Positions 19,853-29,055 of a DNA stretch of 64,000 nt are shown here, piece after piece. The notes below the pieces were generated by a model that saw only the letters and a list, made by a program, of their open reading frames with translations, had not been told where the DNA came from and made no database searches. The position numbers were made by a program, and so were the translations under genes. The number at the start of each line of letters is the position of its first letter. Position 1 is the first letter of the stretch. The stretch lies in sequence record KY703222, one strand, 5' to 3'. This DNA is from Escherichia phage phiC120.

Positions 19853-21178
19853 TCAAAGTGCCTCCAAGTCTTTAGTGTACTCTGTCACAACATCAGTAGA
19901 CTTCCAATACTCATTTTCTTCTTTCTTAGCTTTAGCTTCTTCTGCTAGTTTACGTGCTTCATCGGAAGTGATATGGAAGATGTTAAGACCTACCAGTTTA
20001 TCGACATGTTCTTTATACATTTCGATTTGTGCTAGCTCTTCAGTCAAAGCTTTACGAGTCTTGCCCTGAATCACAATTTCACCACTGATAACTTTTTTGA
20101 TGAAGTGTGCCTTAGCAAAAGCCAGTTTAAATGCTTTTTCAGATTCAAGGATTTTGTTGTCAATACGTTTCTGAACGTAAGTCTTACGGACTTCAACAAA
20201 ATCTTTGATTAAGTCTACTACATTATCGTAGACCGCTAATTTACCTTTTTCATTAATCACTGTGATGTTTTGTGAACGACGTTCGATGAGACTAAAATCT
20301 TTCATGATTTTTTCATGACGTAGCTCTTCATTATCAGGAAGCGAGTACTCTTTACGGAACTTCACCTTAAACCCAAAGCCGTGTTCACCACAATCATCTT
20401 CCCATGAGATTAGACCTTTGTCTTCCAACGGGTCAAGAACCTTACTCACATACGTTTCACGGTCGAATTTATATGGGATTTCAGTTATCTGCATTTGAGT
20501 ACGAGATGTGAACTTATATGTTCCATGAATCTCATATCGCCCATCAACTTCATGCACTTCACCACGGAATTCCGGGAATTCAACTTTTGGCTTAGTGACA
20601 TTTTTACCTTGAAGAGCTTGTAATACAGCCTTTTTGACTGATTTAAAACTATGAGGCAGAATATTTGTTGCGTAACCGGTTGCAATACCAGAGACACCAT
20701 TCAAAAGAACTGTCGGAATAATAGGAAGATAGAATTTTGGTGGAACGTGTTCTTTATCTTCATGAGCTGGAGCATATTCAGTATCTTTATAGACATTATA
20801 GAAATTTTTACTTACACGAGCAAAAATATAACGAGATGCTGCAGCTTTTTGGACTGTTCTAGAACCAAAGTTGCCTTGGCCATCTAACAGTGGATAGTTG
20901 TTGTTCCATGTGTTAGCCATCAATGCACCTGCATCTTGTGCAGAAGATTCACCATGGTGATAACCTAAATCTGCAACACCACCCGCAATTGACGCAAGTT
21001 TATGAAATTTTTCTTTATTACCACGAGCCAAATCTAATGCACGATGAACCACAAAACGTTGAACCGGCTTAAATCCATCAATCATATTTGGGATTGCACG
21101 GTTTTCAACGGTGTACATCGCGTATGCTAAGGCTTCGTTATCAATAATACTTTTTAGATTACGAGAATTCAATTGCAT
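19853..21178 (-). CDS. 52: DNA topoisomerase II medium subunit gp52
   Basis: 441 aa (T4 442); GyrA-like N-terminal motif. Confidence 0.93.
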   Translation of the reverse strand: MQLNSRNLKSIIDNEALAYAMYTVENRAIPNMIDGFKPVQRFVVHRALDLARGNKEKFHKLASIAGGVADLGYHHGESSAQDAGALMANTWNNNYPLLDGQGNFGSRTVQKAAASRYIFARVSKNFYNVYKDTEYAPAHEDKEHVPPKFYLPIIPTVLLNGVSGIATGYATNILPHSFKSVKKAVLQALQGKNVTKPKVEFPEFRGEVHEVDGRYEIHGTYKFTSRTQMQITEIPYKFDRETYVSKVLDPLEDKGLISWEDDCGEHGFGFKVKFRKEYSLPDNEELRHEKIMKDFSLIERRSQNITVINEKGKLAVYDNVVDLIKDFVEVRKTYVQKRIDNKILESEKAFKLAFAKAHFIKKVISGEIVIQGKTRKALTEELAQIEMYKEHVDKLVGLNIFHITSDEARKLAEEAKAKKEENEYWKSTDVVTEYTKDLEAL

Positions 21179-21182
21179 ATTT

Positions 21183-21323
21183 TCACCATATTAATGAACG
21201 AATAATCATTATAACATCTGAAATGAAAAGCACTACTTGGATTAGTCCAAACATCACACCGTAGTACAGAACCGTAAGCAACAACAAGAGCCCGAAGGCT
21301 CCTGCTAAGATGTTCTTAATCAT
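21183..21323 (-). CDS. Small hydrophobic peptide (46 aa; T4 ac-like position)
   Basis: Own translation MIKNILAGAFGLLLLLTVLYYGVMFGLIQVVLFISDVIMIIRSLIW; below ORF-track size cut-off. Confidence 0.4.
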   Translation of the reverse strand: MIKNILAGAFGLLLLLTVLYYGVMFGLIQVVLFISDVIMIIRSLIW

Positions 21324-21469
21324 TACTCGCCTTTTAACACGTTAATAAGAGCTAAGACCGCTAAGGTACCTTGTGATACTGCCTGTTGAAATACTGTTGT
21401 TTCGCCCGTAACTAAAGTGTTAACGAATAAAAACGACCAACACAGCAATGCAATAATCCATGCTACCAT
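21323..21469 (-). CDS. Small hydrophobic peptide (48 aa)
   Basis: Own translation MVAWIIALLCWSFLFVNTLVTGETTVFQQAVSQGTLAVLALINVLKGE; GAGGT RBS; TAATG overlap with next peptide. Confidence 0.4.
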   Translation of the reverse strand: MVAWIIALLCWSFLFVNTLVTGETTVFQQAVSQGTLAVLALINVLKGE

Positions 21470-21521
21470 TTTAATTACCTCAAAAATAAATTAAAGGCCT
21501 AACTTAATAGGTCCGTATAAA

Positions 21522-21968
21522 TTAGTAACTCTGCAGAATGAATTTGAAATTATCAGCCAGAAGACGGTTCATTTCAGTGAGTGTTTGATATTCTGACGTA
21601 TGGTTGCGAGTGAATGCCAGAGCCAATTGACCTTTACCATAACCAGTAGTCAGTGGTTTCATGTTCTTAGCTGCAACAAAGATTACATCATATTCAATAT
21701 TGTTAGTGGCCATGGTACGAGCTAGTTGTGAACGGCCTTGACGAATGTGAGAAAGAATTGCATCTAACCCTTGTTTAGAACGTTGACGTCCTACAAAGAA
21801 TCGTGCTGCTACTTGACGCCAGTCAGATGAACCTTTAACGAAGAAGTAAAAACCTTCACGAGAACGAAACTCTTTAGAAACTTCAGAACCGTATTCGCCA
21901 TTACGAACTACTGCAACAACTTCACCACCGACTGCCAGAAGGTCTTTACGAGTTAAATATTTGGTCAT
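21522..21968 (-). CDS. ndd: Nucleoid disruption protein Ndd
   Basis: 148 aa; C-terminal half matches my recollection of T4 Ndd (RSQLART...[21 protein letters not shown]...ADNFKF). Confidence 0.75.
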   Translation of the reverse strand: MTKYLTRKDLLAVGGEVVAVVRNGEYGSEVSKEFRSREGFYFFVKGSSDWRQVAARFFVGRQRSKQGLDAILSHIRQGRSQLARTMATNNIEYDVIFVAAKNMKPLTTGYGKGQLALAFTRNHTSEYQTLTEMNRLLADNFKFILQSY

Positions 21969-22044
21969 GCTAATTTCCTCAATTGATTAATGTTTTTGTA
22001 ATCCATGAGAGCATTATACTCTGCTCTCAAGAGTTTGTACAATT

Positions 22045-22245
22045 TTATTCGGCCATATCAGAACGTTCAAAAAGCTCTTCAACAGTTAAACATTCAGTGT
22101 CATCCTCGATAAAGAATCGGGTCCAACACGTTGGGGCGATGCAGTTATGAGTTTGTCCAGCTATAGAAGCTACACGAATAAGCTGCTGTCCATTATTCAG
22201 GACAAATTTTTCACCAATTTCAACATCTTTAAAAAGCTTAGCCAT
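22045..22245 (-). CDS. Hypothetical protein (66 aa)
   Basis: ORF track; GAGGAA RBS; early promoter upstream. Confidence 0.45.
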   Translation of the reverse strand: MAKLFKDVEIGEKFVLNNGQQLIRVASIAGQTHNCIAPTCWTRFFIEDDTECLTVEELFERSDMAE

Positions 22246-22273
22246 TTTGTGTTCCTCATGTTTAAGTAGGACT

Positions 22274-22303
22274 ACTATACCATAATCCTACTGTGTTGTA
22301 AAC
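22274..22303 (-). promoter_or_regulatory. Sigma70-type early promoter (GTTTAC-18-TATAGT)
   Basis: Minus strand GTTTACaacacagtaggattatggTATAGT. Confidence 0.45.
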
Positions 22304-22495
22304 AATTAAATTACATTAAGATATGTTAAAGCCAACCATGTTCCAGTGAACGAGCATGCAATGTAAAAAACCGTATCACAAAATGTTCTTAGTACAATAA
22401 GAAGTGCATTTTTCATAAGTACCTCAACACAATTGAAAATATTATACAAATCATTGGGATACTAAGCAACCATATTCCTATCCACATTTTAGAGC

Positions 22496-22759
22496 TCATA
22501 TCTCAACTTCCGTGAGTTCCATATATCCTTTGTTGATAACCTCTTTAAGGTCTTTAGAAAGAATAACACCAAAATGGTCATTCATATGTCCATTAACTAA
22601 ACGAGTTATTTCGGCTTCGGATGACATATAAGGCACGTCTGAGTCCCAATGAGATAGACCTAAATGAGTATAAATCATCCCTTCGTCATCTGCAGTGTTG
22701 TACATTGAAACAAACTCACCAGTCACTTTATGTTTTGCGTAGAAAAATTTAAATTTCAT
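22496..22759 (-). CDS. Hypothetical protein (87 aa)
   Basis: ORF track; AAGAGGA RBS. Confidence 0.45.
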   Translation of the reverse strand: MKFKFFYAKHKVTGEFVSMYNTADDEGMIYTHLGLSHWDSDVPYMSSEAEITRLVNGHMNDHFGVILSKDLKEVINKGYMELTEVEI

Positions 22760-22785
22760 GATGTTATCCTCTTTTAGATAGGACT

Positions 22786-22815
22786 ACTATATCATAGTCC
22801 TACTTAGTTGTAAAC
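22786..22815 (-). promoter_or_regulatory. Sigma70-type early promoter (GTTTAC-18-TATAGT)
   Basis: Minus strand GTTTACaactaagtaggactatgaTATAGT; 8-bp inverted repeat TAGGACTA/TAGTCCTA flanks the -10. Confidence 0.45.
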
Positions 22816-22828
22816 ACTTTTTATGGAA

Positions 22829-23305
22829 TTAAAGATGAAGATACCACCCGTTGTAGTTGCTCTTACGAACGATTTTCTTTAGGTCTTCATGGTCTCCCAC
22901 GAACTTTATAGAATAAGAGAAGACGTCAGGTGAGGTTTCTTTGACATTCAATATAATAATACAGTCTGCAACTCGATGATTCAGGAAGGGCCCTATGTTG
23001 ATTCCGTTGCCACCCGGATAATCACCACTGTATCCTGTGGTAACAGAAATCCATTTAGAATCCATCTGATGTGTCTTGACTTCTACACGAATTCCACAAT
23101 ATTTAGGATGGGCTAACACGTCCCATGCATACGTGTACGGGTCTTCTACGTCTTCATTACCTTTATTAACATATCCGTCTAGCCAATTTGCTACTACATA
23201 CTCTGCAAAGACTGCAACCTTACAACGTCGAACTACATCTTCTTTGTTTTGGTCTGGATTTTGGCTCAATGAATATCGAGCAGTGTCAGCAATCTTCACT
23301 TTCAT
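22829..23305 (-). CDS. Hypothetical protein, possible nuclease (T4 denB position); 158 aa from ATG 23305
   Basis: D...EVK pattern is a weak hint only; longer ORF-track form would overlap the upstream ORF by about 128 nt. Confidence 0.35.
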   Translation of the reverse strand: MKVKIADTARYSLSQNPDQNKEDVVRRCKVAVFAEYVVANWLDGYVNKGNEDVEDPYTYAWDVLAHPKYCGIRVEVKTHQMDSKWISVTTGYSGDYPGGNGINIGPFLNHRVADCIIILNVKETSPDVFSYSIKFVGDHEDLKKIVRKSNYNGWYLHL

Positions 23306-23321
23306 TTCACTAGTCAAAAAC

Positions 23322-23609
23322 TCATTCGACAGGATAAATGTCGGAAGATTCTTCAGTCTCAACAGTCCCAAGTTCGTCTTTACCATAGATACCTCTGATG
23401 TGTAGTTCGCCAAAATAAATGCGGTCTCCTTCTTCAAGATAGTTAGCATCTACCGGTGGGATTTCAATAACAACTTCGTCGCATTCTAACCAGCCATAGT
23501 GTGCATCACCAGGATGTTTTACCAATTTAGCACAATAAACTGATTTACACTTATGATGACCACGAAGATTAGCAATTTTGGATTCTGATACGTCAAATGG
23601 ATGAATCAT
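23322..23609 (-). CDS. Hypothetical protein (95 aa)
   Basis: ORF track; AGGGG RBS. Confidence 0.45.
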   Translation of the reverse strand: MIHPFDVSESKIANLRGHHKCKSVYCAKLVKHPGDAHYGWLECDEVVIEIPPVDANYLEEGDRIYFGELHIRGIYGKDELGTVETEESSDIYPVE

Positions 23610-23629
23610 AATTACCCCTAAAGAAAAAA

Positions 23630-23645
23630 GGGGACCGAAGTCCCC
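23630..23645 (-). terminator. Hairpin terminator downstream of rIIB (GGGGAC-UUCG-GUCCCC then U6)
   Basis: Stem, CTTCGG loop, then TTTTTTCTTT on minus strand. Confidence 0.65.
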
Positions 23646-23650
23646 AATTA

Positions 23651-24586
23651 TTATTCTGCAAATAATTCAGTAACGTCTGAAATTACTTCATAACGACAAG
23701 TACGCATCTTAGCATCACCATAGTCAACTGGGATGGATACAACATCACGTGGATGAACTTTAACCTTAACAACTTTATCTGAGCTAGAACCAAAGTAACG
23801 AATATATGATTTAGCGCAAACATGTAGACCGCGGGAGCAGGTTTGTGTATCATCATCGTTAACACGAGTACGAGGCATTGAAACAACTTTACCTGGTGAG
23901 TTATCAAATGTACCGCTATAACAATCTAAATAGTCTTTACGAACTACTTTCCACGCATAGAAATACCCATCTTCAGTGATTTCAATATCATTTGCAACCA
24001 AGAAGTCGAATAAACGTTGTACAGCTTTTTCGCTTGGGTTTTCTAACAGGTTTTCAAGGAATGGCAGATAGAATTTAAAGTCTTCGCCTTTTTCCATGGA
24101 ATCAATAATACGATTAACCAGTCCTGAACGAATTTCTATACCTTGATAAAATAAACTACCGCCTTCAATAGTAACATTACCATCAACAAACTTAGTAATA
24201 GCTTTCTTGATGTTAATAAGTTCGACAGCTTTACTAAGGTTTCCTGCGACCAGATTAGCTTTAATTTCTTCAAAATTTGCATGACTTGATGGGGTCGCAT
24301 TGTATGCTACGCGTCCTTCAATGATTGAAATAAATTTAGATGACGCGTTCCATATGATTTCTGGACGATGTCCGCCGATAATAGGTTCATCATTTTCTGG
24401 GACCTGTTCTTCGTCTTCAAATTCAGCTGCTTTCTCTTCAGCTTTAAAATTCTTAACAATCTTACGAAGAGTGTCGGTGGAAATATTGAAGTAATCAGCA
24501 ATTTCCTGACGGGTCCATTGGCCTGATTTAACCAGTCCGTAAGCTTCTAACTGTTCTTCTTGGGACAAGCATTTAATATTGTACAT
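23651..24586 (-). CDS. rIIB: rIIB protein
   Basis: 311 aa (T4 312); long identical C-terminal stretches recalled from T4 rIIB. Confidence 0.93.
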   Translation of the reverse strand: MYNIKCLSQEEQLEAYGLVKSGQWTRQEIADYFNISTDTLRKIVKNFKAEEKAAEFEDEEQVPENDEPIIGGHRPEIIWNASSKFISIIEGRVAYNATPSSHANFEEIKANLVAGNLSKAVELINIKKAITKFVDGNVTIEGGSLFYQGIEIRSGLVNRIIDSMEKGEDFKFYLPFLENLLENPSEKAVQRLFDFLVANDIEITEDGYFYAWKVVRKDYLDCYSGTFDNSPGKVVSMPRTRVNDDDTQTCSRGLHVCAKSYIRYFGSSSDKVVKVKVHPRDVVSIPVDYGDAKMRTCRYEVISDVTELFAE

Positions 24587-24595
24587 AATGTTTCC

Positions 24596-26809
24596 TTATT
24601 TGGCCGCTTCCACGGCCTTCATGAATTTAACGATTTGAGCGACCTGTTCTTTGGAAAGAGTACCACGTCGTCCCATGTAGTCTGACACAATATGATAATT
24701 GGTTTCGAATTCAATAACCATTTTATCATCATTATCGTAAGCATTATCTTTAAGCTTATCGAAAATTTTAGCACACAATTCTAACTTCTTATTCAGTTCT
24801 CTGTTAGTAGCACCTGAGAATCGATTCCATCCCCAACGATTATTTACTGTTGAGAGTTTTGCAAAATCTTTACTGATTTCTTTGTTCTTAGAGCTAAAAT
24901 ACTTACTAAGGAAGTTAAGCTCTTCATTACGAGTAATATGATTCAAATAAGGTTGAGCTCTACGACTTGGTGATACATACTCATCATAATCCACTTTATC
25001 GATTAGCGTAATATAGTCATTAATTGATTTTTCGAACAAGCATTCTACTTCACCAAGTTTACGAACTTTCTTAGCAATCTGCGGACGAACTACAGTGAAC
25101 TCTTTAATACCTGACAAATCAGCAATACGGGTCAAGAAATTGGAGTCATAGTTCAACCAACCTTTATCTGCGTCAAGACATTCAGCATTAGAACGATTAC
25201 GAACTATAGCATAACCTTGGATTTCATCTGCTTCACTTGCCGGAATAAAGAGGTCTTCTGATACCCAAACATCGTTTTCATTCTTAAAGAATCGATGAGC
25301 ACTTGGCGATTTAGGACGAGGCTCATTAGTCCGTTTCCTGACTTCAATCCATGGCTTAACGATTTGTAAAAGCTCTGAAGTCTTGTACATGTTAATGTTG
25401 TCGCCATCAAAGATAACTTTAAGGCGTTCCAGAAGTTTCATTGCATCTTCGTCTGTAGGGTCAACGAATATTACGCTTTTACCAAAACCGCGCGGAACTT
25501 TACCAGTTAATTTAACCTCGTCTTTAGACATTTCAATTGAATTAAGAGCTCGCATTAATGGAACGCGTCCCTTAACGTCGTCAATAACAATTTCAACGTT
25601 TTTAATGTTAATGCCAATCAGACTGTTAATTGAAATGGTTGCCGTTGAGCTACCGCTTTCACGAATACGGCGAAGACGAGTGGATTCAACGATATCGTAT
25701 ACTACGCCAAGATTACACCACTCAGGCCCCATTTTAAAACGTTTGTACAACTCAGAATAAGTTAGTTGTTCTTTGGAGTATTTCAGTGATTCAATATTAG
25801 ACCCAGCCTTTTCCATGTATTTACGAGCGGTATAGCCAAGAGAATCAATTTCACGGAACACATGACGTGGGTATTTACAATCAATCCATTTCTTAGAATC
25901 TTCAGCGAACAATTTAGCATCTATTTCTGCAACGCGTTTATGGATATTTGCTACTGTACGTTTATCAAACGACAATGCTTCACGAGACGGGGCTACATCT
26001 AGTTCACCCATAGGGAATTTAATATAAGCTGTAGTGCATCGTGTCATCATCCATGTTTGTTCTTTAATAACACTTCCGATTGGATATACAATACCGCCAT
26101 AAACAGCCATGATATTACCACGTTCACCCCATGGAGCTTCCTTGGCCAAATATACATCGTCAAATTCAGGGAAGTATTTAATATCTTTAACACCACGAAC
26201 TTCTGCAATATCACCTAGAGGACGCATAACATATGCAATTTCGGATGCAAACTTTTCAAAATCTTCCGGGTTAACCGGTACAACTACTTCTACACCCGTA
26301 CGGTCGTCAGGACCCATCTTATCTACAAATGTCGGCTTAATTTGTGGACCTGTGTCATCTTGGTAGATTACGTAACCACGAACTTCACCGTTGTGATAAG
26401 ACGTAAGGTTAAACGTATCAGTATATGCTAATGGAGCTTTAGAACCGAGTCCGAATCCACCGATGAAATCGTTACTCGATGTTTTAGTTGAAGCAAAATA
26501 TGAGTTATAGATTCCTGGCTCTTCGTCATTACCTCGAATGGTGAAATCACTCATACCAGGACCAAAGTCTCGAACTACAAAACGTGGGTCTAAACGACCT
26601 GGAGCCTGAACAATAAACTTATCAGTGCAACCATTAAGAATTTGTCCATCGATACAGTTTGTAATTAATTCACGTACACAAGCCAATTCTTTGTTTGTAT
26701 AAAGGTCATTAGACAAAATCTTATAAACTTTGCTATTGCCTTGAATAGTGAATGCTGTGCTCTTACCACCTGAACCAATAATCGTTTCTTTAGCCGTTTC
26801 AATAATCAT
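24596..26809 (-). CDS. rIIA: rIIA protein (GHKL ATPase-like)
   Basis: 737 aa (T4 725); N-terminus MIIETAKETI... like T4 rIIA. Confidence 0.93.
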   Translation of the reverse strand: MIIETAKETIIGSGGKSTAFTIQGNSKVYKILSNDLYTNKELACVRELITNCIDGQILNGCTDKFIVQAPGRLDPRFVVRDFGPGMSDFTIRGNDEEPGIYNSYFASTKTSSNDFIGGFGLGSKAPLAYTDTFNLTSYHNGEVRGYVIYQDDTGPQIKPTFVDKMGPDDRTGVEVVVPVNPEDFEKFASEIAYVMRPLGDIAEVRGVKDIKYFPEFDDVYLAKEAPWGERGNIMAVYGGIVYPIGSVIKEQTWMMTRCTTAYIKFPMGELDVAPSREALSFDKRTVANIHKRVAEIDAKLFAEDSKKWIDCKYPRHVFREIDSLGYTARKYMEKAGSNIESLKYSKEQLTYSELYKRFKMGPEWCNLGVVYDIVESTRLRRIRESGSSTATISINSLIGINIKNVEIVIDDVKGRVPLMRALNSIEMSKDEVKLTGKVPRGFGKSVIFVDPTDEDAMKLLERLKVIFDGDNINMYKTSELLQIVKPWIEVRKRTNEPRPKSPSAHRFFKNENDVWVSEDLFIPASEADEIQGYAIVRNRSNAECLDADKGWLNYDSNFLTRIADLSGIKEFTVVRPQIAKKVRKLGEVECLFEKSINDYITLIDKVDYDEYVSPSRRAQPYLNHITRNEELNFLSKYFSSKNKEISKDFAKLSTVNNRWGWNRFSGATNRELNKKLELCAKIFDKLKDNAYDNDDKMVIEFETNYHIVSDYMGRRGTLSKEQVAQIVKFMKAVEAAK

Positions 26810-26821
26810 ATTTTTCTCTCA

Positions 26822-27022
26822 TCACAAGTTACGTTTAAAAATTTCCGCTACTTCAAGAAGTTCTTCTTTAGTAGCTGTATCGGTTTGTATTTTATATCGA
26901 ATTTCTTTAAAGCGTTCTTTAAAGAACTCTGCTGACTCGATATCAAAAAATCTTTGGATAAGCCGGAATTCCCGGAGCACCGCTTTATCAAAAAGTTCCA
27001 AGTTCACGTTATATGTTCTCAT
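26822..27022 (-). CDS. Hypothetical protein (66 aa, rIIA.1 position)
   Basis: ORF track; synteny. Confidence 0.5.
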   Translation of the reverse strand: MRTYNVNLELFDKAVLREFRLIQRFFDIESAEFFKERFKEIRYKIQTDTATKEELLEVAEIFKRNL

Positions 27023-27047
27023 AATATTCTCTTCAGTAGATTCCTAG

Positions 27048-27098
27048 GGCACTATTACTAAAGACCATATAATCTATCATCTTATGTGTAATAGTGCC
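27048..27098 (-). repeat. Perfect 11-bp inverted repeat (GGCACTATTAC / GTAATAGTGCC) around a 29-nt AT-rich loop
   Basis: Read directly; lies between the glycosyltransferase stop and the rIIA.1-like ORF. Confidence 0.7.
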
Positions 27099-27114
27099 TC
27101 AGGCGATTCAGGAT

Positions 27115-28215
27115 TTACGCTGTGAAGATTTTATCCCACATCGCAACAACTGCATCTCGGTTATACTTCTTCCATACTGCTTCAGCACGTTTAACTCGAG
27201 CTTCGTACGTGTCAGTGAATTCTAATACAGCTTTTGTGTAAAGCGCAACTACTTCTTTCTTAGGAGTAGAGGAATCAATTTCTACACGCACAGTATCTGG
27301 GTCATATTCGAATGTCGCATGCGGATAATCCTTAAAAACTAACTGAATTACAGGGACACCTTTAGAAATGGCTTCAATAGAACTATTCTCTACCGTACCT
27401 GTGTCAGGACACGTATTAATAAGTGCTTTAGCTGTTTTAAGACGTTCCATAATTTCACTGTGTGGAGCATCAATAATAACAGGATACTTAGCCGGTGGTG
27501 CCCATTTGCTTGGACAATAACCAATACCATTTTCGCCTAGTGCTTTAATCGCTTCAAGAGCAACATCAGTACGACGCATTTTAGTGTCATAACGTTGTGC
27601 ACTAATAATCAGATCAGTCGCCGGAAGAACTTCAGGTTTCTCATTCAAACAAATAACCGGATAATCTTCGGCTTCAAACAACGGATTTGCTCGCCAATAA
27701 TCATAATCAATTTTGTCAGTCAGACCTGAAGTCATATAACAATATTTGCGTTCAAATTCACGGAAGGCTTTAGTAGGAGCATAACTCTTACCACCGTTCT
27801 TATGAATTTGAATAGTCTGGTCCCAAATTTGAACAATGCCACGAGATACCGGTTCAAATGGTGTTGCCATAAAATTCTTATGAACTTTAGAGAGGCCCGC
27901 GTCTTTAATTGCCTGAACAGTTAGTTTGGTCGGTTCCATTGTAACAACGAAATCGTACTCATTAATGCCGGCTAGTTCAACAATCTTACGAGCCATAGTA
28001 TAACTCATACCTAGACTGAATTTAGTCAGATGACCAACAGGATGATGATTAACCTTCCAATCACCAAATGTGTCATTATCAAAACCGATATAATCAATAT
28101 CGGCACCGATAGAAACTAAATATTTCAACACATTTAAATGTACTGCTTCAAGACCACCTTGTACACGTTCAGGATTAAATGGGACTGCACGAGATGGGAT
28201 AAACATAACTTTCAT
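27115..28215 (-). CDS. GT-B fold glycosyltransferase (candidate DNA hmC glycosyl/arabinosyl transferase)
   Basis: 366 aa; C-terminal TGTVENSSIEAISKGVPVI resembles the GT4 catalytic signature; no counterpart at this position in T4. Confidence 0.7.
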   Translation of the reverse strand: MKVMFIPSRAVPFNPERVQGGLEAVHLNVLKYLVSIGADIDYIGFDNDTFGDWKVNHHPVGHLTKFSLGMSYTMARKIVELAGINEYDFVVTMEPTKLTVQAIKDAGLSKVHKNFMATPFEPVSRGIVQIWDQTIQIHKNGGKSYAPTKAFREFERKYCYMTSGLTDKIDYDYWRANPLFEAEDYPVICLNEKPEVLPATDLIISAQRYDTKMRRTDVALEAIKALGENGIGYCPSKWAPPAKYPVIIDAPHSEIMERLKTAKALINTCPDTGTVENSSIEAISKGVPVIQLVFKDYPHATFEYDPDTVRVEIDSSTPKKEVVALYTKAVLEFTDTYEARVKRAEAVWKKYNRDAVVAMWDKIFTA

Positions 28216-28241
28216 AATTAAGCCTTATTAAAATTAAAATG

Positions 28242-28259
28242 AAGCTCCCGAAGGAGCTT
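28242..28259 (-). terminator. Hairpin (AGCTCC-UUCG-GGAGCT) overlapping the HNH gene stop
   Basis: 7-bp stem, CTTCGG loop, followed by ATTTTAATTTT. Confidence 0.45.
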
Positions 28260-29055
28260 AGGACATCCAACACATTTTATAACCTTTGCAGGTTCTGTTA
28301 GGATTATTTAATGCTTTCAATATATTAGAAGACCCTATACCTAAATACTCCCTTAATTCATAAAGATAGTTAAAATCAATAGTTTCACCTGTTTTTACAC
28401 TTGTGATTCTTATAGGCCTTCTTTCATATTTAGATTTATACAACTCTCTAGTCTTAGCTTTAGTTTCTTCTGACCTAGGAGTGTATGGTTTAAATCCTTT
28501 TGTTTTAAATGTTTCCATTCTTGATTTAGTTATTTTATCCTGATGTTCTTTTGTTTTTACAGGTGCTTTTCGCCCATTCTCCCAAGATAACTTGTTGGCC
28601 TGTATTATTTTATCTATTGCTTCTTGCGTATGAGTTTTACCATAAAATGGATTTAATTCGCCTATACGTTGTGAAGCAATATGTGACATTAATTCTCTTG
28701 TTGCTTTAGTATGTTTTTTACCTTTAAATGGGTTGCCATTTTTAGCAATCCATTCTTTCATAAATCTAGAGTGCTCTTTAGAGAATTCTTGTTTAAGCCA
28801 ATCATAATCTCTAGAATTTCTAGCTCCTATGTAAAAAGCTCTAATAGCCATAAGCATAGAACGGTTCTTATGAATTTTATAAAGCAATAAATGGGCGATA
28901 AAATGCTCTCTAGGGGTCATTTTAACTAGATTTGATTTAGCATTACTCCCGCCCATAGATTTAGGCAAAATATGGTGAGTTTCAGTATAATTAGGAATAG
29001 TGCTGCGGTTTTTAGCCGCAGCGATAAGTTTATCATAAATTTTACGATAATTCAT
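28258..29055 (-). CDS. HNH homing endonuclease (Mob-like, with NUMOD3-type repeats)
   Basis: HNH core TETHHILPKSMGGSNAKSNLVKMTPREH; repeated NPF(K/Y)GK(K/T)HT motifs; ATG at 29055 overlaps gene 39 stop (TAATG); ORF track start 29070 is TTG. Confidence 0.8.
   Translation of the reverse strand: MNYRKIYDKLIAAAKNRSTIPNYTETHHILPKSMGGSNAKSNLVKMTPREHFIAHLLLYKIHKNRSMLMAIRAFYIGARNSRDYDWLKQEFSKEHSRFMKEWIAKNGNPFKGKKHTKATRELMSHIASQRIGELNPFYGKTHTQEAIDKIIQANKLSWENGRKAPVKTKEHQDKITKSRMETFKTKGFKPYTPRSEETKAKTRELYKSKYERRPIRITSVKTGETIDFNYLYELREYLGIGSSNILKALNNPNRTCKGYKMCWMS

Noticed and set aside
22829-23449. Long 206-aa form of the ORF in the denB position
   Set aside because: Would overlap ORF 23322..23609 by about 128 nt; an internal ATG at 23305 sits 16 nt after that ORF's stop, so the shorter form was annotated.
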